Position numbers and translations under genes: made by a program. Positions 49,001 to 57,610 of a DNA stretch of 64,000 bases are shown piece after piece (positions within the stretch are counted from its first letter, which is position 1; every line of letters begins with the position of its first letter). The DNA is from a virus (taxonomy: Duplodnaviria > Caudoviricetes): the IMG/VR virus record IMGVR_UViG_3300021387_001157, positions 64,001-128,000 of that record. The stretch is one strand, 5' to 3'. The notes under the pieces are model-generated. The model searched no databases, was not told the DNA's origin, and saw only the letters and a list, made by a program, of their open reading frames with translations.

Positions 49001-51473
49001 CTCTGAATGTCAAATAGTCTTGACTATAATCATGTACGGGATTATAAACACAAGTTTCTGTTACGATACTGCTTGTTCTACCGTGAATGGTTGAATATGT
49101 TTCAACGACTGTATCTGCAAGTATCGGAATCGGTTCTGTGTATTGTGTATAACTTCCTGTACCGTCAAGTTTGTACATAATTGTTGCACCTTGTGTTGCA
49201 CATGTAATAGTTACTTGTGAACAATTGCAAGTTACCACTGGACTTACAAGTATAACTGGATTATATACACAAGTTTCCGTCGTATGCAAACTACTATGTC
49301 CATTCAACTCTGCATATGCCTCTACAATGGTTGTTGCATTGATTGGGAAAGAATCACTATATTCTATGTAATTACCACTATCAAGTTTGTACCAAATCGT
49401 TACACTAGGTGTGTCACATACTATACTGACATATTCGCCATCACAATATATAACAGGTTGTTCTATAACGAATCTGTACTCACAATTTTCTGTGATTGTA
49501 TTACTTGTACGATTATCCAAAACAGAATATGCTTCAACAGTTACGTCTTCACTTATTGCTATCGGAGTAGTGTATGTCAAAAAGTTTCCACTCTCATTAA
49601 GTCTATACATGATTGTTGCATTCTGTGTTGCACAGGTGATAGATACTTGTGTTCCATTACAAGTTATAACCGGCGGATATAATGTAGGTGGTACATATCT
49701 ACACACCTCTGAAACCGTTGCTGTTGTCCTAGTACTTAACGTAGAATATGCTTCAACGGTTGTTGTTGCATTAATTGAGAATGGTACTGTGTATTGGGCA
49801 AATTCACCATCATTGACTCTGTAATAAATGTCTGCACCAATTGTCGAGCATGTTATACTTACCTCTTCTCCGTCACATGTTATCTCTGGTGTCGATATTC
49901 TTGACAATTTCGTTATTTGGAAATTCAAAACATCTATTTTTGAATATCTGTATGGGTCGCCATTTGAATCCAATCCATATCCTACACAAACAGTCAAGTA
50001 CTTGAGTTCTTCTATATCAGGGAATAACTTATTAGACGTATAGACTGTTGTGTTACCAATAAGTTCTTTACAAATAAATTTATCGGTTGCAGCACTTGGG
50101 TCGTATACTATCTGAATATTATATTCTGCAAGCTTGTTTTCTTGCACCCATCTTTGTGGAGTGATTTGAGTGTTTATGTTTGAACCACTTTCAAACTGAG
50201 TACCCAATATGATATACTTGTTGTTATTACTCTGTCTCAACTGGAAACCATACCAAGGTTCTGGGTCAGCCCTTTTCATCGTAAGTATTTGATGGTGGTT
50301 TTCGTTCTGACCGGCGGGGTTATTCGTCACATCAACTATAAAGTGCATATTGAGTACGAAACCATCTGTCATATCAAATCCGTAAAATTCTGTATTAACA
50401 CCATCTCCGTTAAAGTTTTTTTCACCATTTTCATTACCTGTAGTGTCAATATTATATCCAGTTATGACTTCATTGCCTTCAGAGTCATACCCTATTTCCT
50501 GTGTTGAGATGTTACCACTTGTATCACCTTCAACGTTTTCACCCCTTACTGGGTCTCCATTTTCATCAAAATTGGTCGTAGAACCACTGTAACTTCCGTC
50601 AGTATTGTTGATGACGGTACTTTCGGATGAAGTTCCATCCGAATTTGTTGTCTGTGTCTGTGTGGTTGTCGAACCGGTCGTAGCATCCGGAGCCGAAGTT
50701 GTGGATTGTGTACTTGATGAAGTTCCGTCGGAATTTATAGTGGTCGAACTTGTGAACGAACTTCCGTCAGTGGCGGTAGTTGTTGTAGATGTAGTTGAAC
50801 TCCAACTTCCGTCTTCGTTCATAGTCGTACTTGTGCTCTCTGTCGTAACATCTCTGGTGTTTGGGTCTGTTGTCTCGACACTTGTCTCAGTGGTGATACT
50901 TCCGTCTTCGTTTTCAACAATTGTTGTTGCAGAAGTATTACTGTATACGAGTTGGATTGTCTTTGTTGCAGTATATCCAAGATAGGAAACCTGTACGGTG
51001 ATGCTTCCACTATCTAAAATAGTGAAAGCACCCGTACTTTCGATTATTCCGTTATTAATATGTGACGAACCACTTGTTACAGTGATTGTTGTACTACTCG
51101 TGATATTTTCTGAGTTGAACTTAACAATGATGTTTCCTTCCGTTCCAGTTATAGTTGCAGGAGACTCTATAATCAACTCGTTATCGTATGTCACTGTTAT
51201 GGACTTTGTTGCAGTATATGTTCTATTATTGGAAACATATGATGCAGAAACGATTACCACATTGTTTATTGAACCAGATTCAATAAAGACTTTTCCGTTT
51301 TGATTTATGGTGGCATAGTTATTACCACTTGTTATAGACCAAGTTGGTTGAACATCATTTCCATCAAAAGTCGAGGTTAGGTTAAGAGATTTTCCTTGTA
51401 CAGAACTAGGACCAGATATTAAGAATGTGTGTTCAACAACACTTATGTAGTAATATGATGTTCGTCTTGCCAT
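46086..51473 (-). CDS. 1795-aa multidomain protein: Ig-like, T/S-rich, five Fn3-associated/CHB_HEX_C-like repeats, BspA-like LRR, C-terminal GH2 glycoside hydrolase
   Basis: Repeats P.ITC.G..V.ITC.T..A.IYY.....Y..P..I...T.VEAY; LPATTL..xCY..MF; GH2 motifs FLLNG...LRGVCMH, N.IRLAHYP, NHPCI.FWGLSNE (acid/base), SEYG (nucleophile), NNKGLV. Confidence 0.85.
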   Translation of the reverse strand: MARRTSYYYISVVEHTFLISGPSSVQGKSLNLTSTFDGNDVQPTWSITSGNNYATINQNGKVFIESGSINNVVIVSASYVSNNRTYTATKSITVTYDNELIIESPATITGTEGNIIVKFNSENITSSTTITVTSGSSHINNGIIESTGAFTILDSGSITVQVSYLGYTATKTIQLVYSNTSATTIVENEDGSITTETSVETTDPNTRDVTTESTSTTMNEDGSWSSTTSTTTTATDGSSFTSSTTINSDGTSSSTQSTTSAPDATTGSTTTQTQTTNSDGTSSESTVINNTDGSYSGSTTNFDENGDPVRGENVEGDTSGNISTQEIGYDSEGNEVITGYNIDTTGNENGEKNFNGDGVNTEFYGFDMTDGFVLNMHFIVDVTNNPAGQNENHHQILTMKRADPEPWYGFQLRQSNNNKYIILGTQFESGSNINTQITPQRWVQENKLAEYNIQIVYDPSAATDKFICKELIGNTTVYTSNKLFPDIEELKYLTVCVGYGLDSNGDPYRYSKIDVLNFQITKLSRISTPEITCDGEEVSITCSTIGADIYYRVNDGEFAQYTVPFSINATTTVEAYSTLSTRTTATVSEVCRYVPPTLYPPVITCNGTQVSITCATQNATIMYRLNESGNFLTYTTPIAISEDVTVEAYSVLDNRTSNTITENCEYRFVIEQPVIYCDGEYVSIVCDTPSVTIWYKLDSGNYIEYSDSFPINATTIVEAYAELNGHSSLHTTETCVYNPVILVSPVVTCNCSQVTITCATQGATIMYKLDGTGSYTQYTEPIPILADTVVETYSTIHGRTSSIVTETCVYNPVHDYSQDYLTFRVLTGGTIIWNSIGSGFAKTIQYSINDGEWTSLLASSSSSINVSQNDVVRFKGTESSYAKDKSNYSGFQGGTATFDIEGNIHSLLYGDNFIGNDTLPNYSYIFCSIFKMSNVISAENLILPATTLKGSCYRAMFSFASSLTTPPKLPATTLEQYCYYYMFEKTAITTAPELPATSLAQYCYGSMFTGCSNLNFIKCLATNRSATNCLQNWTKDVSATGTFVKDGNTTWDTGLSGIPSGWVTQNDSAVVSPVISYDGFDTITITCVTQDATIYYRLNNTGNYSVYNSPITINTTTIIEAYSTFGGNTSTVTLKKCVYVSNVPIEASNRILDSWTYNGNMITTPYSVNQIDGHSSSYAKGTFNFETSFALREAQPTYLWFQHADQSADIYVDNVKVDTHWGGYNAFFSDISNYVHQGTNNIKVALCNQTRSTLAPAAGDFNFNATLGNVKLLTSPCLPATKYGYDGFHVTSNVTSSSATVYVNTTIPSGSSVVCTIDDGTYNWSDTKISDGEEMTFYTTIQNPHLWNGISDPHMYTITLEISKNGTLYHRFQRDYGLRYYSYVINDENVLVNNNPYTGFLLNGQPYYLRGVCMHDDLDGKANALNAADYTQEFAIIHELGCNFIRLAHYPHPKEVYDWCDRLGIIVQTEVPCVNKMQSTMPEDYYTHLEGQYRDMVNQHYNHPCIMFWGLSNETTTDDKTFAKAKIENYASIIKSLDSERLVGYVMSHSYDNPSGYYNDPSGVDWFGGNIYTGWYIDTNSNNPTTRLNSRINNTVNRISKPFAYSEYGCGGTQHCHSDAFLNTTTRGNHERHDIEYQMWLHEGQLAAIRNFPQLLFTAEWQLFDIAVANRNEGYTVCLDGETVSTDDSLRRLNNKGLVERDHVTKKDTFYLYKAEWNNTDKFIHICGKDYTKTTDRVIKCYTNDGSSAKLYVNGTLMETVNVTDHIALFTSRTFNSGDVVRVDGATTSTDTFTF

Positions 51474-51481
51474 ATTTTAGA

Positions 51482-53782
51482 TTATTGTTGTATTGCTTGT
51501 ATTTGAGATGCTTTATCACTCCAATATTGTGCTCCTTTATATGCCTCTACACTTTCAGTAGGTACATAGATTGTATAATTTGCATGAGTTGGAAGTGTAT
51601 CATATTTTATAGTTGGAGTAGTTGTGTTTAATGATGTAATTGAAGTAATACCACTACACCTATAGAAAGCACCACCTCCAATACTTGTTACTGAGTTAGG
51701 TATTGTGATTGAAGTTAGGCCACTACAACTACTGAAAGCATTATCTCCAATACTTGTCACTGAATCGGGTATTGTGACAGAAGTAAGACCACTACAACCA
51801 TTGAAAGCCCTACTTCCAATACTTGTCACTGAGTTAGGTATTGTGATAGAAGTAAGACCTCTACAACCAGAGAAAGCATTACTTCCAATACTTGTCACTG
51901 AATCGGGTATTGTGACAGAAGTAAGACCACTACAACCAGAGAAAGCACTACCTCCAATACTTGTCACAGAGTTAGGTATTGTGATAGAAGTAAGACCTAT
52001 ACAACCAGAGAAAGCATACTCTCCAATACTTGTCACTGAGTCAGGAATAATTACATTATTACCAATTATATTAATATCAGCACCAGCTAAAGTAGTTTTA
52101 GTACTATCGGTATATAAAAATCCATTATCAAAAATACCATTCCTAACTAATGCACCCCAGTTATTATTATTAGTATCTTCTGCATTTCCAGTATAATTAA
52201 TATTCTTTACTCCATTGAAAGCCCTACTTCCAATACTTGTCACAGAGTTAGGTATTGTGACAGAAGTAAGACCACTACAACCAGAGAAAGCATAATCTCC
52301 AATACTTGTCACTGAATCGGGTATTGTGACAGAAGTAAGACCACTACAACCAGAGAAAGCATAATCTCCAATACTTGTCACTGAATCGGGTATTGTGATA
52401 GAAGTAAGACCACTACAACCATTGAAAGCCCTACTTCCAATACTTGTCACTGAATCGGGTATTGTGACAGAAGTAAGACGAGTACAACCTTTGAAAGCAT
52501 TACTTCCAATACTTGTCACAGAGTTGGGTATAGTGACTGAAGTAAGACCTCTACAACCAGAGAAAGCATAATCTCCAATACTTGTCACAGAGTTGGGTAT
52601 AGTGACTGAAGTAAGACCAGTACAACCTTGGAAAGCACTTTCACAAATACTTTTCACAGAGTTGGGTATTGTTACAGAAGTAAGACTGTAACAATCAGAG
52701 AAAGCAAACTTTCCAATACTTGTTACAGAGTCGGGTATTATTGTATTTTTACATCCAACAATTAACGTATTGGTTGATGTCTCTATAATAGCGTTACAAT
52801 TATTACGACTATCATATTTAGTATTACCATCAGAAACTACTATTGAACTAAGACCACTACAACCACCGAAAGCATAATCTCCAATACTTGTCACAGAGTT
52901 AGGTATTGTGATAGAAGTAAGACCTCTACAACCAGAGAAAGCATACTCTCCAATACTTGTCACTGAATCGGGTATTGTGACAGAAGTAAGACCACTACAA
53001 CTAGAGAAAGCATAATCTCCAATACTTGTCACTGAATCGGGTATTGTGACAGAAGTAAGACCACTACAAGCAAAGAAAGCCCAAATACCAATACTTGTCA
53101 CATCACCGTCAAAAGTAATAATTCCAACCCCATTTTTATAAACATTAGTATTAATTGTTGCACCAAAAACATCTGATTTATATGGAGTCACTACATTTCC
53201 ATTACTACTCGTATAATATATCACAGTTTTTTGTGGTTGTGTTATAGGCATTTCAATCGATTTTGAAATTATCCAGTTATAATCCATAACTTTAGTTGAT
53301 ATTTCAATACCATTATTTGCATGAAGTGTTATTGGTGTTAAATCACCAATTATACATACACTTTGTATAATTGGAACAAGTGTTATAGTCAAATCAGACG
53401 AAGATGTATTTTTTAGTAAGAAATAGTGAATGTACTCGTTACCAAACGAGTTATTGTTCTTTGAAGGAAAATTGATTGGAATTTCAATTGTTGTTCCAGT
53501 AATGTTTACTGCCGTAGAGTCAAATTCAACGAGTGTGTATGAATTATTAGTATTTGTTATTTTGTTGATATAATCATTTGAACCAAAGTATGAAAACATT
53601 TCAGTATCATAATATGTTTGGTCAGATGTGTATTTTTTTGACTGAGTAATTGTCTCAGGTCTAGAAAACCTATCACCGCCGACATATATTGACTTTGACT
53701 TTGTGTCAAAAACAATTACACCAGAGTTTGAATCTTCTGATAAATTAAACCATTTTCTTTTAAATTTTACTTTAGTTGGCAT
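51482..53782 (-). CDS. BspA-type (LRR_5/TpLRR) leucine-rich repeat protein
   Basis: ~18 repeats of SVTSIGxxAFxxCxxLTS(V/I)TIP in three blocks (4+8+6); C-cap IYVP.ESVEAYK.A..W. Confidence 0.92.
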   Translation of the reverse strand: MPTKVKFKRKWFNLSEDSNSGVIVFDTKSKSIYVGGDRFSRPETITQSKKYTSDQTYYDTEMFSYFGSNDYINKITNTNNSYTLVEFDSTAVNITGTTIEIPINFPSKNNNSFGNEYIHYFLLKNTSSSDLTITLVPIIQSVCIIGDLTPITLHANNGIEISTKVMDYNWIISKSIEMPITQPQKTVIYYTSSNGNVVTPYKSDVFGATINTNVYKNGVGIITFDGDVTSIGIWAFFACSGLTSVTIPDSVTSIGDYAFSSCSGLTSVTIPDSVTSIGEYAFSGCRGLTSITIPNSVTSIGDYAFGGCSGLSSIVVSDGNTKYDSRNNCNAIIETSTNTLIVGCKNTIIPDSVTSIGKFAFSDCYSLTSVTIPNSVKSICESAFQGCTGLTSVTIPNSVTSIGDYAFSGCRGLTSVTIPNSVTSIGSNAFKGCTRLTSVTIPDSVTSIGSRAFNGCSGLTSITIPDSVTSIGDYAFSGCSGLTSVTIPDSVTSIGDYAFSGCSGLTSVTIPNSVTSIGSRAFNGVKNINYTGNAEDTNNNNWGALVRNGIFDNGFLYTDSTKTTLAGADINIIGNNVIIPDSVTSIGEYAFSGCIGLTSITIPNSVTSIGGSAFSGCSGLTSVTIPDSVTSIGSNAFSGCRGLTSITIPNSVTSIGSRAFNGCSGLTSVTIPDSVTSIGDNAFSSCSGLTSITIPNSVTSIGGGAFYRCSGITSITSLNTTTPTIKYDTLPTHANYTIYVPTESVEAYKGAQYWSDKASQIQAIQQ
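51640..53101. repeat. 69-bp coding tandem repeats (BspA LRR)
   Basis: Near-identical units; 52251-52319 and 52320-52388 are exact adjacent copies. Confidence 0.9.
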
Positions 53783-53813
53783 ATTTTTTTTATATTTTTT
53801 TTATTTACATTAT

Positions 53814-54380
53814 TTATGATAACCAATGGTGTCTGCAAACAGATTTATATGTTATATTTTCTGTTTCTATTGCAACTGGTTTCACAATTCCTTTTTCCCG
53901 TACACCATTGATATATCTGATATGGGCTACCGCTTTATGTGAGCATCCTTCTATTTCACAAGGGACTTCTATTTCATTCGTCTCGTCGGCAAGAGCCAAA
54001 AGTGACGCTGCACCAGAGAACAAGTCTCCGTTCACATCTGTCTTTAAACCATAACAAATAACTTCTTTTTCTTCTGCAACTTTACAGAGAACCATAACAT
54101 CTTCTTTTGTCAAAAACTGTGCCTCATCGACAAACAATGTATTGAAGTCCAATTTCGAAAGTTCTGAAGACAAATCTGCATAATAGTACGATGGTTCCTC
54201 ATACTTTGTAATTCTTGATTTCGTAATTCCCCATCCGACAAAGTTTCCTTCCCTGTTGTCTATACACGGTTTGACAATAATCGGTTTCTTTCCACGACGT
54301 TTGTATGAGTCGAATTTGGTGAGCATTGCCGTGGTCTTTCCACTTCCCATACATCCATAGTTAAAAACAAGTTTTCCCAT
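53814..54380 (-). CDS. tdk: Thymidine kinase
   Basis: YGCMGSGKT, KP.ID.R, FVDEAQFL, YGLKTD....F, Y.SVCR.H. Confidence 0.93.
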   Translation of the reverse strand: MGKLVFNYGCMGSGKTTAMLTKFDSYKRRGKKPIIVKPCIDNREGNFVGWGITKSRITKYEEPSYYYADLSSELSKLDFNTLFVDEAQFLTKEDVMVLCKVAEEKEVICYGLKTDVNGDLFSGAASLLALADETNEIEVPCEIEGCSHKAVAHIRYINGVREKGIVKPVAIETENITYKSVCRHHWLS

Positions 54381-54383
54381 ATA

Positions 54384-55106
54384 TTATTTTTTTGATAGTT
54401 TGCATAAATCCCTTATCACATTGTCCAAATATATACCCCCATCTTCAAAATTAAAGAAAATATCCTTGAACTGATATGATGACAAATCTGCCCAAAATCC
54501 TTCTTTTCCTCCTTTTGTCACATCTATTCCAACTTTTCCTTCAACCTTTTCACGAAAATCAACAATTGTATATTTGTTCTTTGTAGGACACCAAATGAGG
54601 GCGACTGCTTTATATTTATCACCATATTCTTTATATTCGTATCTTCTGAAAAAGAATTTTTTTTCACGTATCGACCTGCCTGCCCAATCGATTTTCAAAT
54701 CAAATCTCATATTTTTTTTATCACGAAGGTTTCTGAAGATAAAGTCTGGCGTGTTCGTTGCAATCTTTTCAATATCCCTTGTCTCGTACTCATTCAAATC
54801 TATTTTAATATAGTCTGAATACTTTTCGTTGAATGGCTTAATGAATAAGTCTTCGGTTACAAAATTACTACAAATGTCACGAGCAGCTTCAAAAGGAGTT
54901 CTATGGTCAGTTCTTATTTTATCAAATTCGAGTATTTTTTTATACTCATCTGGAAATTTCAATTTAAATTCATTCTCATCCAAAGTTAAAATTCCTTTGA
55001 TATATTCTTTATATCCGAACTCATTATATATTTCATTAATGTCCTTACTTGGACATATCTTTTGTAGATAGTCTAAAATTTTCGTGAGATTATTTGTATA
55101 TTTCAT
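54384..55106 (-). CDS. Hypothetical protein, possible PD-(D/E)xK nuclease
   Basis: TPDFIF...RFDLK spacing; AT-rich. Confidence 0.45.
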   Translation of the reverse strand: MKYTNNLTKILDYLQKICPSKDINEIYNEFGYKEYIKGILTLDENEFKLKFPDEYKKILEFDKIRTDHRTPFEAARDICSNFVTEDLFIKPFNEKYSDYIKIDLNEYETRDIEKIATNTPDFIFRNLRDKKNMRFDLKIDWAGRSIREKKFFFRRYEYKEYGDKYKAVALIWCPTKNKYTIVDFREKVEGKVGIDVTKGGKEGFWADLSSYQFKDIFFNFEDGGIYLDNVIRDLCKLSKK

Positions 55107-55110
55107 TATA

Positions 55111-55254
55111 TTAACTTTTTATTTTTCTAAAATAATATGAAAACATACTTTCAATGAATAAAACGGAAACGAGTTCCCAACCATTCTTTCCTAAAAGGTT
55201 AAGTTTGGAACTCGTTATCTCGTTTGATGTGTGTATTATCTTATATTCGTACAT
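55111..55254 (-). CDS. 47-aa DUF4177-like protein
   Basis: Own translation MYEYKIIHTSNEITSSKLNLLGKNGWELVSVLFIESMFSYYFRKIKS*; TAATG overlap with the guaC stop. Confidence 0.7.
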   Translation of the reverse strand: MYEYKIIHTSNEITSSKLNLLGKNGWELVSVLFIESMFSYYFRKIKS

Positions 55255-56444
55255 TATTTTCCTATTGTAGTTGTTTCGTAAGTTCTATTTAATTGATTAT
55301 TAACTTTATAAAACTCACAGTATTTTGAAATATCTTCTAGTTTTTTTGCACCAATATATGCCATTGCTGAACGAAGACCTCCAAGAAATTCGTTGTTCAT
55401 ATCGTGAACACTTCCGGTATATGGGACAAGTGACACACGTCCTTCAGATGTTGTGTACCAACTTTTTCCGTTTCCAAATTTTTCTTGGGCGAGTTCAGAA
55501 CTCATCCCATAGAACAATTTATATTTCCTTAGAATTTCTTTACGATTTTTCTTCTCATCAAATACCGGTAATGCTTCCGCCTTTTTGGTTGGTTCTGTAA
55601 ATATACCACCTTCTCCAACGTATGTGTAATAATCAGGAGTATAGATATTTGTAAATTCTTTTTCGTAAATGATGTCACCTTCTGCCTCGTCGGTACCGGC
55701 GTAAAGAGACCCAATCATAACAAGGTCGGTACCTGCCCCAAATGCCTTTACAATGTCTCCAGTGCAAGTGATTCCACCATCTGAACAAACCAATCCACCG
55801 ACTTTATGAGCTGCCTTTGCACACTCTATTATTGTCGATAGTTGTGGTCTTCCGACACCGGTCTGTTTTCTAGTCATACATTGACCACCCCCACCGATAC
55901 CAACTTTAACTATGTCTGCTCCGGATTTGATTAATTTTTTGGTCATATCTCCGGTGACGACATTCCCGACCATCAATATACATTCAGGAAATTCCTCTCT
56001 TACTTTTTTTACAAGGTCGACAACATTAGAGATATATCCGTTTGGAACATCAATACAAATAGGTGGAATTTTACCACAATTTCTTTTTTCTATTCCTCTT
56101 ATTTTGTTGATACCATCGTCTCTCAACCCTATCGATAAAAAACATTTATATCTTTTTCTACTCCAGAACAATATATCATTATAAAATTTATAGAGTTCAT
56201 TACTTTCATGATGTTTGTGAAGACATGCAAAAAGATTATCATCAATCATTTTTCTAGCGAGATTGAAATTACCGATAGTACCCATATTTGCATTTATTAT
56301 ACCAACTCCTCTCACAACAGTACCACTCCACTTGAATTTATATTCACGTGTAACATCAACACTCTCTCTTGATGTAATATTTGATGATTTTGGTCTTATT
56401 AAAACATCGTTGAAATCAAGTTCTGTATTTTTCAATATCTTCAT
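55254..56444 (-). CDS. guaC: GMP reductase (IMPDH/GMPR family)
   Basis: LDFNDVLIRPK.S..SR..V, ANM, CIDV.NGY, GNVVT, GADIVKVGIG...C.TR..TGVG.PQLS, SDGG, FYGMSS, SEGR, GGLRS. Confidence 0.88.
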   Translation of the reverse strand: MKILKNTELDFNDVLIRPKSSNITSRESVDVTREYKFKWSGTVVRGVGIINANMGTIGNFNLARKMIDDNLFACLHKHHESNELYKFYNDILFWSRKRYKCFLSIGLRDDGINKIRGIEKRNCGKIPPICIDVPNGYISNVVDLVKKVREEFPECILMVGNVVTGDMTKKLIKSGADIVKVGIGGGGQCMTRKQTGVGRPQLSTIIECAKAAHKVGGLVCSDGGITCTGDIVKAFGAGTDLVMIGSLYAGTDEAEGDIIYEKEFTNIYTPDYYTYVGEGGIFTEPTKKAEALPVFDEKKNRKEILRKYKLFYGMSSELAQEKFGNGKSWYTTSEGRVSLVPYTGSVHDMNNEFLGGLRSAMAYIGAKKLEDISKYCEFYKVNNQLNRTYETTTIGK

Positions 56445-56462
56445 ATATTTAACTTTTTAAAT

Positions 56463-56496
56463 AAAAAGGGTGGGTTTTTGCTCCCACCCTTTTTTT
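56463..56496. terminator. Bidirectional intrinsic terminator
   Basis: AAAAAGGGTGGG-tttttgct-CCCACCCTTTTT. Confidence 0.8.
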
Positions 56497-56995
56497 AATT
56501 TTTGTTTTTGGCACAATAACCAGTTTCCATCACACGTTCCAAAGCCTCACTCTCGGCAATGGTTACTTGATTGAAATGGTCTGCTGAAATCTCGAAGACG
56601 GTGGAAATTGCACAGAAAATACCATGAATTTCTGTCATAATCTTCCAAGCGGTACTCTGTGATTTATACTTTGCCTTGGTCATAGCGACATTATAACCAT
56701 ATTCCTCACTATACGGGTCTCCACCATCACTTCTGTGAAGTGTCTCACCTTTGAATCTTCTTGTCCAACCACCGAGTTTGTAATCATACTTGAAACCATA
56801 TTTTTCAAGAATGTCTCTAATAAACTCTGGAACTTCTTTGAAACCAAGTTCGGAAAGTTCCTTATTCAATCTAGTTTCTTTGAAAATACATGGGATACTT
56901 ACAATCGTTTTTGTATAAGTGATTCCATCGATTTCCTGCTTTACTACCTTTACGCTTTTTTTCTTTTCGTCGTAAGTAAGTTTGATTCTGTTCAT
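56495..56995 (-). CDS. Hypothetical phage protein
   Basis: F.G......D.Y.EE.G..VA..KA motif. Confidence 0.65.
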   Translation of the reverse strand: MNRIKLTYDEKKKSVKVVKQEIDGITYTKTIVSIPCIFKETRLNKELSELGFKEVPEFIRDILEKYGFKYDYKLGGWTRRFKGETLHRSDGGDPYSEEYGYNVAMTKAKYKSQSTAWKIMTEIHGIFCAISTVFEISADHFNQVTIAESEALERVMETGYCAKNKN

Positions 56996-57019
56996 TTTTC
57001 TAAATATTTAATTAAACTT

Positions 57020-57505
57020 TTAATAAAAAACTTCTTGAAGATTATCAACACATACGTCAGTACATATATCATTCACATAAAATGTGACATCTACTCCAAT
57101 TGTATGAGGATATTCACCATCTGCTTCATACTCTCTATATTTAACAATAAAACCACCACATTTTATTGTACATTTTCTATCAATTGCATCATCGATAAGT
57201 TTGAACATACATTTTTTAATCTCATCTTCTGTTGGAATACCAAATTCTGCATCTGCCCAACGCCATCCAACACTTTTCATGTGATTGTGTATTTTTTCGA
57301 GGTCTATTTCTCTAAGACAATTCTCTTTTATTTTTCTTTTAATATCCTTTATGTTTTTAACTTGTGTATTAATTTTTGTTTTACAATAAGGACATTCAAC
57401 AATACCGAAATTAGTATCTGACTTTTCATATGTGAATACACATCCACATTTTTTACAAGTCATTTCAATTGATTTGCTTCCTTCTTTTATTATGTTTATC
57501 GCCAT
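57020..57505 (-). CDS. Zinc-ribbon protein
   Basis: TCKKCGCVF ... CPYCK. Confidence 0.65.
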   Translation of the reverse strand: MAINIIKEGSKSIEMTCKKCGCVFTYEKSDTNFGIVECPYCKTKINTQVKNIKDIKRKIKENCLREIDLEKIHNHMKSVGWRWADAEFGIPTEDEIKKCMFKLIDDAIDRKCTIKCGGFIVKYREYEADGEYPHTIGVDVTFYVNDICTDVCVDNLQEVFY

Positions 57506-57610
57506 ATCTAAACTCCATTTATTCTAAATATAACAAATTATTTTCCTATTTGCATCAAAGTACTAATAATTTCTTCATTTATTTCTTCCAATATTTTATT
57601 AGATAATATT

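Noticed and set aside
50560-50950. DNA repeat element (recurring GAAGTTCCGTC/ACTTCCGTC)
   Set aside because: Explained by the NxDG(S/T) peptide repeats of the T/S-rich stalk
51640-53101. CRISPR array or DGR template/variable repeat
   Set aside because: Repeats are in-frame 69-bp LRR units without unique spacers; no cas or reverse transcriptase gene and no separate non-coding template in the window
55160-55225. Structured ncRNA or riboswitch (AACGAGTTCC...GGAACTCGTT inverted repeat)
   Set aside because: Lies inside a convincing DUF4177-like ORF; no recognisable riboswitch consensus
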